A stretch of 64,000 nucleotides of DNA, from assembly GCA_964465155.1 (NCBI GenBank), contig CAYXIH010000001.1:82609-146608 (forward strand), read 5' to 3'. The position numbers and the translations under genes were made by a program. Below the pieces are notes generated by a model. The model saw only the letters and a program-made list of their open reading frames with translations, did no database searches and had not been told where the DNA came from. Positions within the stretch are counted from its first letter, which is position 1, and each line of letters starts with the position of its first letter. Of this stretch, positions 8,974 through 17,635 are shown one piece after another. This DNA is from an uncultured Sphaerochaeta sp. Its GTDB lineage: Bacteria; Spirochaetota; Spirochaetia; Sphaerochaetales; Sphaerochaetaceae.

Positions 8974-10674
8974 TTACTTGTACTGTCTGTTGTAGGCGGT
9001 CTGCATCATGTCCAATACCTTGGTCATCTGCAGCTTCTCGAGGTTGGCGACATACTCGTTCCAAACCTTGTCGTTGTTGACGTCAAGGGAACCGACCATG
9101 AACTTCACTGCGCTTTGGCGGATGTAGTTGGCAAGCTCTCTCTTGATGGTGGAGAACTGTTCGTTCTCCTCTGCCGTGTACTTGAGGGTAGGAACCTCCA
9201 AATCGGTATTTGCATACGGCTTGTAGAGGTTGGCTGTCTCATCATACAGAGTCTTCTCGTTGTTCTCTGGTGCATAGTATGCAGGGTTGTCTACGGTCAT
9301 TGGCTTTGACACGAGGCCGTTCTTCAGGTCGAAGGTCATTGCACCGACGAGTACCTGGATCCATGTGTCGTTCTGTGGGTCTTTGTCGTTCCACAGCTTC
9401 AGCTGGTTCCAAATTGCTGGCTTTCCATCCAGGCCAACTTGATCCGCTGTTGCCCATTCCCATGCGTCGCCTTCAAATCCGTTACGCTGCAACAGGGTTC
9501 CTTCCTGTGAGTACATGAAGTCGAAGTACCGGATGATTGCATCTGCATACTTGCTGTCTGCGCTGATGACCAGCTTGCCGACTTCCGGGGTTGCCAGGAA
9601 GTTGGGGGTTGTCTGCACACCCTTGGGTCCCTTCAACGGTGCAATTGCATGGAAGTTGTTGAAGCGTTCGCCACCGATCGTGGAGAACTGTCCTCTCCAG
9701 CCACCGGTTGCAAAACCGACTACTGGCTGGGCGGAACTCTCGACCAGCTGTGTCAGCTGGGAAGAATCCTGGGTGAATGAACCGTTGTAGATCAGGCCCT
9801 CGGAATAGAGCTTGTTGATGTACTTCAGCCCTTCACGGTAGGCATCCTTGTTCATGGCGGTGTCAACCTTCTTGCCATCCATCATGTAGCCAACGTTGTC
9901 TTCTGCATTGGCGTTGATGTTGGTTGTCAGGTCACAATAGATGAAGGAGTTGAGCAGGAAGCGTTCTACTTCATCCGCCCAGCCAATGATTGAGCCGGCG
10001 AGGGGGATCTCGTCTGCCTTGCCGTTGCCGTTGGGATCCTTGGTCTTGATCGCCTTGAGTACGGTATACAGCTCATCGGTGGTTGTGGGGACGGCAAGGC
10101 CGAGCTTGTCCAGGAACGGCTGGTACACAAACATCTTTGCCATGTTGGTGCAATGGAAGCAGCCTTCCAGACGGGGCAGTGAGTAGATGTTCCCGTCGAT
10201 GTTGGTCATGTAGCCAACGCCACCGGGATAGCCAGCCAGTGCATTCATCAGGTTGGGCATCCACTGCTGTGAATAGTACTGGTTGAGGGGAAGGAACAGA
10301 TGCTCTTGTGCACCATAGGTCGCCTCAAGGTCATCCTTGATGTTGAAGCCAAGGAATGCATCAGGATAGTCTCCAGAGGCAAGGGTCAGTGCGAGCTTCT
10401 CGGAAGCGGCCTGCTCGGGGACCATGATGAAGTTCACCTTGACACCAGTCATCTCTTCCATGTACTTGGAGAAGCGGTTGGTGTTGTAGTTCTCAACGCA
10501 GGGTGGCTGAGATATCATGATGTCCACGGTAATCGGGGTGGTGACGATCGGGTACGTTCCGTTGGGTGTGTACTCGATGGTAGTTGCCTGCTTCTGGTCC
10601 TTTGCGCCCTGGGCGATGAGCAGCGCTGGTACCATCAGTGCGAGCAATAACAGTGTAACGACTCTCTTTTTCAT
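8974..10674 (-). CDS. ABC transporter extracellular solute-binding protein (large, LplA/CUT1-like)
   Basis: About 566 aa with signal peptide MKKRVVTLLLLALMVPALLIAQG and no lipobox Cys. Sequence character is typical of large oligosaccharide SBPs. GGAGG lies 4 nt upstream of the ATG at 10674. The longer ORF reaches 10698. Confidence 0.85.
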   Translation of the reverse strand: MKKRVVTLLLLALMVPALLIAQGAKDQKQATTIEYTPNGTYPIVTTPITVDIMISQPPCVENYNTNRFSKYMEEMTGVKVNFIMVPEQAASEKLALTLASGDYPDAFLGFNIKDDLEATYGAQEHLFLPLNQYYSQQWMPNLMNALAGYPGGVGYMTNIDGNIYSLPRLEGCFHCTNMAKMFVYQPFLDKLGLAVPTTTDELYTVLKAIKTKDPNGNGKADEIPLAGSIIGWADEVERFLLNSFIYCDLTTNINANAEDNVGYMMDGKKVDTAMNKDAYREGLKYINKLYSEGLIYNGSFTQDSSQLTQLVESSAQPVVGFATGGWRGQFSTIGGERFNNFHAIAPLKGPKGVQTTPNFLATPEVGKLVISADSKYADAIIRYFDFMYSQEGTLLQRNGFEGDAWEWATADQVGLDGKPAIWNQLKLWNDKDPQNDTWIQVLVGAMTFDLKNGLVSKPMTVDNPAYYAPENNEKTLYDETANLYKPYANTDLEVPTLKYTAEENEQFSTIKRELANYIRQSAVKFMVGSLDVNNDKVWNEYVANLEKLQMTKVLDMMQTAYNRQYK

Positions 10675-10716
10675 AATTCCTCCAATGTATGTCCACACGG
10701 CCTATATGGCCGTGGT

Positions 10717-11622
10717 TCAACCCTTTACGGAGCCAATCATGACTCCCGTGACAAAGAACTTCTGTACAAATGGATAGATGATCAGCAAGGGGGCACTGGC
10801 AACGACGATCAAGGCATAGCGGATGGTCTCCGACAATCCCTGGGCACGTGCCGCGGCCGCGACGTCCGTCATCATGGAAGGGGTGTTCTTGTTGATGATG
10901 AGGATATTGCGCAGCACGATCTGCAATGGATACAGTTCCTGTTTCTGCAGGTAGATCAAGGCATCGAAGTATTTGTTCCACTGTCCAACTGCATAGAAGA
11001 GGGCCAGAACCGCTATGATCGCTTGTGAGAGGGGGAATACCATCTGGAACATGAAGCGGATATCGGAGCAGCCATCTATCTCCGCGGCCTCATATAGCTC
11101 GTCAGAGATATTCTCCTGCAAGAATGTCCGGCAGATGATGATGTTCCACACCGTCAGGGCATTGGGAAGGACCATTGCCCAGACCGTGTCGAAGATTCCA
11201 GTCTTGCGCACCACCAAGTACAAGGGGATCATTCCTCCGGAAAACAGCATGGTGAACATGATGAAGACCGTCAGGAACTTCCTGCCATAGAATTCCTTGC
11301 GTGACAAGGGATAGGCGATGAACATCGTCAGCAAGACCGAAATAGTGGTCCCCAATACTACATACAACAGGGAGTTCATGTATCCCGTTCCAATCTGCTT
11401 GTTGGTGAAGACGCTCTTGTATGCGGTCAGGTCAAAGTCCACTGGCCACAGCCATACCTTATGTGCCATCACTGCCCGTGCGTTGCTGAAGGAGCTGGAC
11501 ACGATATATACCAGCGGATAGAGAACCACCAGGAAACAGAATGCTAGGAATATGTTGTTGATAATGTCAAATGCCGTATCTGCCTTGAGTTGTTTGTTTC
11601 GGGTCCTGATCTTCTTTACCAT
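10717..11622 (-). CDS. carbohydrate ABC transporter permease (LplC-like)
   Basis: 301 aa with 6 TM segments. EAA-loop region: LYEAAEIDGCSDIRFMFQMVFPLS. Confidence 0.85.
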   Translation of the reverse strand: MVKKIRTRNKQLKADTAFDIINNIFLAFCFLVVLYPLVYIVSSSFSNARAVMAHKVWLWPVDFDLTAYKSVFTNKQIGTGYMNSLLYVVLGTTISVLLTMFIAYPLSRKEFYGRKFLTVFIMFTMLFSGGMIPLYLVVRKTGIFDTVWAMVLPNALTVWNIIICRTFLQENISDELYEAAEIDGCSDIRFMFQMVFPLSQAIIAVLALFYAVGQWNKYFDALIYLQKQELYPLQIVLRNILIINKNTPSMMTDVAAAARAQGLSETIRYALIVVASAPLLIIYPFVQKFFVTGVMIGSVKG

Positions 11623-12623
11623 AGCCCACCGTCCTTGTCGCGCAGCTTCGCTACCTTGTTGAACAGGAGTATCAGGCAGATGTTGATCACGGAGTTGATC
11701 AGGTCGATTGCCGTGGAGTAGCTGAAGTCGCTGTTGATGAGTCCCATCTTGTAGACGTATGTCGACATGATCTCCGAAGTCTCCAGGTTCAAGGCATTCT
11801 GCATGAGGAATGCTTTCTCAAATCCGAGGCTCATCACATATCCCATGTTCATGATGAACATGATGATGATGGTGCTCTTGATGCAGGGGAGGTCGACATG
11901 ACGTATCTTTTGCCATTTGTTGACTCCATCGACCCTTGCTGCCTCATACAGCTCAGGATTGATGCCTGTCAGAGCGGCTAAGTAGATGATCGCGTTGTAG
12001 CCGGTGTTCTGCCAGAGTGCCGACCAGACATAGATGTTGCGGAATTGGCTTGCCTCACCCATGTAGTTCTTTGACTCAAGGCCGAATATTCCACGAATAG
12101 TGTTGATCAGTCCCATCGAGGGGTCGAGAAACTGCATCAGAATGGCAACCAGGACTACCGTAGATATGAAGTATGGTGCGTATGTGATCAGCTGTACCGA
12201 TTTTTTCCAAGCCCTGCTGCGGCATTCGTTCAATGCAATCGCCATGATCACGGCCAGGGGGATTGAGGCGACCAATGCATACATGCTAAGTATGAATGTG
12301 TTCCACATGATCCTCAATGACGAGGGGTTTGCAAAAAACTTCTGGAATTGGTAGAGTCCTACCCATGGGCTTCCCCATATTCCCTTTGAGACACGGTACT
12401 TCTTGAAAGCCAGCAGGATTCCATACATCGGTACATATTTGTAGACGATGAAATAGAGGACTGGCAATGCGACTATGACATAGAACTGCCAGTGCTTCGT
12501 TACCTTCTGGATGAATGTCCGTGGCCTATTGATGACGAGTTGGTCCGTTTGATCTTTCTTCATACCCATGACTTTACTCTGTACCATGGGCGATTTGGGG
12601 CAAAGAGTAGAATTCATCAGCAA
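11616..12623 (-). CDS. carbohydrate ABC transporter permease (LplB-like)
   Basis: EAA-loop region LYEAARVDGVNKWQKIRHVDLPCI. It overlaps the downstream permease gene by 7 nt. The true start is uncertain, with internal Met candidates at 12587, 12569 and 12563. Confidence 0.8.
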   Translation of the reverse strand: MLMNSTLCPKSPMVQSKVMGMKKDQTDQLVINRPRTFIQKVTKHWQFYVIVALPVLYFIVYKYVPMYGILLAFKKYRVSKGIWGSPWVGLYQFQKFFANPSSLRIMWNTFILSMYALVASIPLAVIMAIALNECRSRAWKKSVQLITYAPYFISTVVLVAILMQFLDPSMGLINTIRGIFGLESKNYMGEASQFRNIYVWSALWQNTGYNAIIYLAALTGINPELYEAARVDGVNKWQKIRHVDLPCIKSTIIIMFIMNMGYVMSLGFEKAFLMQNALNLETSEIMSTYVYKMGLINSDFSYSTAIDLINSVINICLILLFNKVAKLRDKDGGLW

Positions 12624-12642
12624 ACACCATTTGACCAGTTGT

Positions 12643-12694
12643 CATGCGTCAAAAATTGAACATAGGTGCTATACGTTGTAAAAAATGACGCATG
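12643..12694. promoter_or_regulatory. 9-bp inverted repeat in divergent promoter region (candidate operator)
   Basis: CATGCGTCA (12643-12651) and TGACGCATG (12686-12694) are perfect reverse complements separated by 34 nt of A/T-rich sequence. They lie between the ABC permease operon (-) and the fucosidase-sulfatase pair (+). Confidence 0.3.
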
Positions 12695-12781
12695 CTCCAC
12701 TGTTTTGGTACTCCCGTATATGGTTTGTACCCTGTCAAACACTAATGGGTGGGGATATAGTGGCCATATGGGGGATTCAAT

Positions 12782-14155
12782 ATGAGAAAGCAATGGGAAT
12801 CATTGGAGCACAAGCATGCTACAGCGGCTTGGAGCAACCTTGGATATGGCATGTTCATCCACTTTGGCCTGTATTCCGTATGTGGTGGGGTATGGGACGG
12901 CAAAGAGGTCCATAGGGGGTATAGCGAGCAAATCCTCTCCCATGGGGAAGTGCCACAAAGAGACTATGAGGCTCTTGCCGACACATTCTCGTTTCCTTGC
13001 TTTGACGCTGATGCCATTGCACGCTTGGCCAAGGACAGTGGCATGCGCTATATCGTGATGGTCTCCAAGCACCATGATGGGTTTTGCATGTTCCATACCG
13101 ATACTACCGACTACTGTACGACAGCCAGTGCCAGCAAGAGGGATCCGTTGATGGAACTCTCCCAGGCATGTTCCCGCCATGGCCTTGGCTTTGGTATCTA
13201 TTTCTCTTGGATCGACTGGCATTATGAGAACGCCCTTCCGATAAGCGACCACAACAGCGACCCGATCCCTCCTGACCATATGCAGTACAATCTTGCCCAG
13301 CTGGCCGAGTTGCTGACCAACTATGGGCCAGTCTGCGAGTTGTGGATGGACATGGGTGCCCCCACGGCGGAGCAATCCCAGGCTGTCTATGAGCTTGCGC
13401 ATGCATTGCAGCCGACGATCATGGTAAATGGTCGTGTCTGGAACGACTATGGCGACTTCCTGACCATGGGGGACAATCTCTTTCCGGAGCACGCATTGGA
13501 CCTTCCATGGCAGACTCCTGCTACAATCTACCATGCTACGTGGGGATACCGGTCATGGCAGGAACGTTCCGACATGGAAAAGCGCATAGAAGATATCACC
13601 CATGGGTTGTTTGCGACACTGGATGGGGGAGGCAACTACTTGCTGAACATTGGCCCTGCCGGGGATGGTTCGGTTGTCCCATTTGAACGAGATGTGCTGT
13701 TGCAAGTGGGCAAGAACCTGCAGCAGCGTGGCGATTCCCTGCGTCAACCGATGAAATCACAACAACGTATTCAGAAGCCAGATGGGCAGGGGGTGTTCCT
13801 CCTGCAGGAGGGGACACCCGTCTACAGGTACACGGGTAGCGAATACTACTCGTTCAGGCCGATTGTGACGGGGAGGAAATGGAACTTGCAGATTCCCAGG
13901 AAGGGTGAGTACACCGTTGAATGCCAGGCAGCTGCGCCTCTTGCCCATGAACAGAAGCTCTGCCTGGATATTGGTGACGAAACGATCATCTTCACGTTCA
14001 AAAATGGGAAAGCCCATGTTCCTGTAGCACAAGCAGTGACCCTGGAAAAGGGTGCTCAGGATGTGGTGCTCTATACAGTCGGTGAGGCTCGGCGTCGGCC
14101 GGAACTTGCAGATCTTGGATTCTCCCTGAGGCTGTGCCCAGAGGATGCAAGATGA
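12782..14155 (+). CDS. alpha-L-fucosidase, GH29, no signal peptide
   Basis: WSNLGYGMFIHFGLYSV, MVSKHHDGFCMFHT and ELWMDMG are characteristic GH29 blocks. The N-terminus runs straight into the catalytic domain. Confidence 0.85.
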   Translation: MRKQWESLEHKHATAAWSNLGYGMFIHFGLYSVCGGVWDGKEVHRGYSEQILSHGEVPQRDYEALADTFSFPCFDADAIARLAKDSGMRYIVMVSKHHDGFCMFHTDTTDYCTTASASKRDPLMELSQACSRHGLGFGIYFSWIDWHYENALPISDHNSDPIPPDHMQYNLAQLAELLTNYGPVCELWMDMGAPTAEQSQAVYELAHALQPTIMVNGRVWNDYGDFLTMGDNLFPEHALDLPWQTPATIYHATWGYRSWQERSDMEKRIEDITHGLFATLDGGGNYLLNIGPAGDGSVVPFERDVLLQVGKNLQQRGDSLRQPMKSQQRIQKPDGQGVFLLQEGTPVYRYTGSEYYSFRPIVTGRKWNLQIPRKGEYTVECQAAAPLAHEQKLCLDIGDETIIFTFKNGKAHVPVAQAVTLEKGAQDVVLYTVGEARRRPELADLGFSLRLCPEDAR

Positions 14156-15537
14156 ACCAGAAGCCGAATATCCTGATGCTGGTCACCGATGACCAACGCT
14201 TTGATGCAATACATGCATTGGGTAACAACCAGATTATCACACCCAACATGGACAGGCTGGTACAAGGTGGCTGTGCATGTGCTGAAGCTCATATCCAAGG
14301 AGGGCTGACAGGTGCGGTTTGTATGCCGTCGCGTGCGATGATCAACACCGGCCGTAGCCTGTTCTCAATCGACGGCCATGGACAAACCATAGATGCAACC
14401 CATACAACCATAGGAGAACTGCTTCGTGCCAATGGGTACAAGAGCTTTGGGACTGGGAAATGGCACAATGGTCCTCCTGCCTATAGCCGGAGCTTTGATA
14501 GTGGCGAAAATGCTTTTTTCTCAGGGATGTGGGACCATTGGAATGTTCCTGTGTGTGGATATGATCCGACAGGGGCCTATGACAATGTAGTGAATTTCGT
14601 TGTCGATTTTTACCATGGCAACCGGGTGCTGCGCCTGCCATGCGACGCTATCCATCCGGGAGTCCATTCTTCGGACTTGATCGCGGACTCGACGGTACGT
14701 TTCCTTGATTCTCAGCAAGATGCCCAGCAGCCGTTCTTCTGCTATAGCGCGTTCCTTGCCCCTCATGACCCTAGGACAATGCCAAGCCAATACCTGGACA
14801 TGTATGATGTCGATTCGATTGAACTGCCTCCCAACTGTAGAAATACCTATCCATTTGCATATGCCGAATGTGATATCCGCGACGAACGGCTCATTCCATA
14901 TCCTCGGACTGAAGAGGCCATGCGCCATGAACTGAGGGGCTATTATGCAATGGTGACCCATCTGGACCATGCGATTGGAAGAATCCTAGCAGCATTGGAG
15001 AACAATGGTCAGCTTGAGAATACCCTCGTTGTGCTCATGGGCGACAATGGGTTGTCCATGGGGTGCCATGGATTCATGGGAAAACAGAATGTCTACGAAC
15101 ATGCTGTTCGTGTTCCGTTGGTCCTCATGGGACCTGGGATTCCAAGGGGAACTACCAACGATTCTTTGTTGTATCTGTATGATGTCTATCCGACATTGTG
15201 CGAATATCTGGGTATTGAAGTACCTGCCAGCGTTGAAGGAAAGAGTTTCCTGCAACAGTGCCTGGGGAGCACTGCCCCACACAGAGAGACGTTGTACCAT
15301 GCCTATGGTGCAAGCAGCAGGGCCTATCGTGAAGGTGATGACAAGGTGCTCGTGAATATTGCTCCGGATGGGGAACAGACGAGTATGTTGTTCGACCTTG
15401 CCCATGATCCACTGGAGATGCATCCAGTCAAGGATGACCAGAAGAGGGAATATCTGCTGCAGCAGATGCGCAAAGAAGCAGTACCTATGGGAGATTTTGG
15501 ACGTACACAAGGAAAAGAGTTCTGGGATCGGTTCTGA
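14152..15537 (+). CDS. Cys-type sulfatase, no signal peptide
   Basis: NILMLVTDDQRFD, signature GAVCMPSRAMINTGRS (C-x-P-x-R) and GKWHNG. The ATG at 14152 overlaps the fucosidase TGA (ATGA), which suggests translational coupling. Confidence 0.9.
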   Translation: MNQKPNILMLVTDDQRFDAIHALGNNQIITPNMDRLVQGGCACAEAHIQGGLTGAVCMPSRAMINTGRSLFSIDGHGQTIDATHTTIGELLRANGYKSFGTGKWHNGPPAYSRSFDSGENAFFSGMWDHWNVPVCGYDPTGAYDNVVNFVVDFYHGNRVLRLPCDAIHPGVHSSDLIADSTVRFLDSQQDAQQPFFCYSAFLAPHDPRTMPSQYLDMYDVDSIELPPNCRNTYPFAYAECDIRDERLIPYPRTEEAMRHELRGYYAMVTHLDHAIGRILAALENNGQLENTLVVLMGDNGLSMGCHGFMGKQNVYEHAVRVPLVLMGPGIPRGTTNDSLLYLYDVYPTLCEYLGIEVPASVEGKSFLQQCLGSTAPHRETLYHAYGASSRAYREGDDKVLVNIAPDGEQTSMLFDLAHDPLEMHPVKDDQKREYLLQQMRKEAVPMGDFGRTQGKEFWDRF

Positions 15538-15562
15538 ATAGCTCTTCCAATGTGGCAAAACA

Positions 15563-16219
15563 ATGCTTTTGGGGTATACTGTCCATATGAGCTATACAAA
15601 ACACAATATTCCCTTTGATGACATTCTCAATTTGTCCAATCTGCTCACTGACGTTGAGGATACACACATGTATCTTCGCCGGTTCTATCATGCTTTCATG
15701 GAACGGATGGATGACCCTATATGCCAGAAAGAAGATCTGAAGCGGATTGGGAACGTTGTGGACAAGATAGAAGAAATTCCTGGGACGGCTCATCAGAAGT
15801 TGGAACTGTTGTCAGTGTGCTATGGTCTTGATTCGTTTGCCCAACGTCATGGTCATCCGCTGAAAGATGAGTGGAAGAAGCTATACGAACGGATGACTGA
15901 TTTGTATTGGAAATACATCCCTGCCTGTGATGACCCTGCATGGACCAGCAGGCTCTTGTGCGAGCAATTGCGTTTTGATCCCAGTACCTGGCATTCGATG
16001 CTGCTTCCCAGGATGCGGGAATGGTATGATGAACAGAGCTTGAGAAATGTCTGCAATTGCTTGGTGGAGTGGGCTATCACAGCTGATGAGCAGCAGCGGG
16101 ATACCTACCTCAAGACAGCCTTCTACCTCTCCGCACCCAAGGTTGGGGTACCACCAGAGTTCCCGCAATACGAACCACAGTACTTCGAGCCGGAGTACGA
16201 CTTCATGAGACCTCTCTAG
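15563..16219 (+). CDS. hypothetical protein (no recognisable domain)
   Basis: 218-aa ORF, apparently all-helical, with an acidic/aromatic C-terminal tail PPEFPQYEPQYFEPEYDF. No motif was recognised. The start is uncertain (alternative Met at 15587). Confidence 0.45.
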   Translation: MLLGYTVHMSYTKHNIPFDDILNLSNLLTDVEDTHMYLRRFYHAFMERMDDPICQKEDLKRIGNVVDKIEEIPGTAHQKLELLSVCYGLDSFAQRHGHPLKDEWKKLYERMTDLYWKYIPACDDPAWTSRLLCEQLRFDPSTWHSMLLPRMREWYDEQSLRNVCNCLVEWAITADEQQRDTYLKTAFYLSAPKVGVPPEFPQYEPQYFEPEYDFMRPL

Positions 16220-16408
16220 AAGATATGGCTTCTTTGGTATGCCCGGGGTGATGTGCCAGCAATAGACTCATGTATAGACATCGGAGAAACTGAGCGATCT
16301 TGGTTGTATCTCTTACCGTAACTTTGATTTCATCTTTCTCTAGCGCTTCTGTATTTCTGGAACGATCAATGGAGCTGTGAAAGGCTAGAGAAGGTTGCAG
16401 TTTTCCAA

Positions 16409-17635
16409 TCAGCTGCCAGTTGCTGCATCCAACCCTGGTATGAACGGAAGGATGTTGTTGCGTTGAGCTTGTTCGACGGCATGCCGTGATTGTTCGGTCA
16501 TATGGGTATAGACATCGCTCATCTCAGATGATGAGTGTCCGATCGTCAATCGGAGCAAGTGCTCGTCAATGCTTCCACGCAACATTGAGTTTGCCATATG
16601 CCTGAGGGAGTGGAACGTAACGTTACGCCTCTCAAGTTCCTCTACATCCATTACATGTGAAGCAATGATCGCCTCCTGGAATTTCCGGGAAAAGTAGTGG
16701 CTGGAAACTGCACCGCCACCTTTGTTGCTCCAAAACACTAGTGTTTCTTTGCAACGATACGGATTGGTGTAGCAGTAGGCACGAAGTGCATTGCAAAGTG
16801 CCAGGGGACATGGAACTTCCCTGATCCGTTTTCCTTTTGGAGCCTTTTTGCCTGCAATGTTGGACAATGCCTGGTCAACGATGATCAGGCCATCTTGTAT
16901 CTGGGAGGGCTCCAAGGCACGTAGCTCTCCACTACGCATCCCAGTGACAACTGCAACAGCACACGCGAGGTATGGACCTTGGTCAGAAAGAGCCTGCATG
17001 TACGTCAATACACGGGTGAGTTCTACTTCGGTAAGGATTCCCCTGCAATGTTGGTCATTGCGGAGGGTAGGGAGCTTTCCTATTGTGGACTGTGGTATCA
17101 CACCTTCTTCCTGGGCATTGCGCAAGGGGATCATGACAGTAGACATCGCGATGTTGATCGTCGCATTGGCAAGTGTCCCACTCTTGATCAACGCATATTG
17201 TAAATCCTTCAAGTGGTGCATTTTGACTGTAGAGAGCCTCAATGAGGCAGGAAGATATGGCAGCACATGCCGAGTCAGAACAATACTTCTTGTATACGCA
17301 TAGTCTTTTCCAATGGCCCCAGGGTTCACTGCATTCTTCTGTGCGATATACCTGCTGGTATCGAAGTTCCAGAATTCTTGGAGATACGAGCGGAGGTCCT
17401 GGTCCTTGAAGGTATTGAACACAATGTTGCGGTCCAGTGCCTCTTGGCAAATCCGCATTGCTTCATCCCGGCGACGGATTGGTTTGTCACAAGGATGGCC
17501 TAGTTGCTTCTTGAGTACTTCTACACTTTTCTTGTTACTACGCTCACCGCTTTCTGGGTTGCGGAACAGTGCATACCAATAGGTCTTTTCCCCCCGTTCC
17601 AGCCTGCATAATGTGAATGGAGCTCTTCTGTTCAT
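16409..17635 (-). CDS. tyrosine-type site-specific recombinase / integrase
   Basis: Catalytic-domain motifs GMRSGELRAL (Arg), HSLRHMANS (H-x-x-R) and GHSSSEMSDVYTH (His...Tyr). AAGGAG lies 10 nt upstream of the ATG at 17635. Confidence 0.9.
   Translation of the reverse strand: MNRRAPFTLCRLERGEKTYWYALFRNPESGERSNKKSVEVLKKQLGHPCDKPIRRRDEAMRICQEALDRNIVFNTFKDQDLRSYLQEFWNFDTSRYIAQKNAVNPGAIGKDYAYTRSIVLTRHVLPYLPASLRLSTVKMHHLKDLQYALIKSGTLANATINIAMSTVMIPLRNAQEEGVIPQSTIGKLPTLRNDQHCRGILTEVELTRVLTYMQALSDQGPYLACAVAVVTGMRSGELRALEPSQIQDGLIIVDQALSNIAGKKAPKGKRIREVPCPLALCNALRAYCYTNPYRCKETLVFWSNKGGGAVSSHYFSRKFQEAIIASHVMDVEELERRNVTFHSLRHMANSMLRGSIDEHLLRLTIGHSSSEMSDVYTHMTEQSRHAVEQAQRNNILPFIPGLDAATGS

Noticed and set aside
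12685-12915. 76-aa + strand ORF overlapping the fucosidase start
   Set aside because: It is out of frame with, and largely inside, the well-supported GH29 gene. It has no RBS, and its ATG is part of the inverted-repeat half-site.
16220-16408. Search for a tRNA, tmRNA gene or att site beside the integrase
   Set aside because: No cloverleaf-compatible sequence or T-loop consensus (GGTTCGAATCC-like) is visible. Only short (7 nt or less) matches to other intergenic regions were found by eye. A computational search is still needed.
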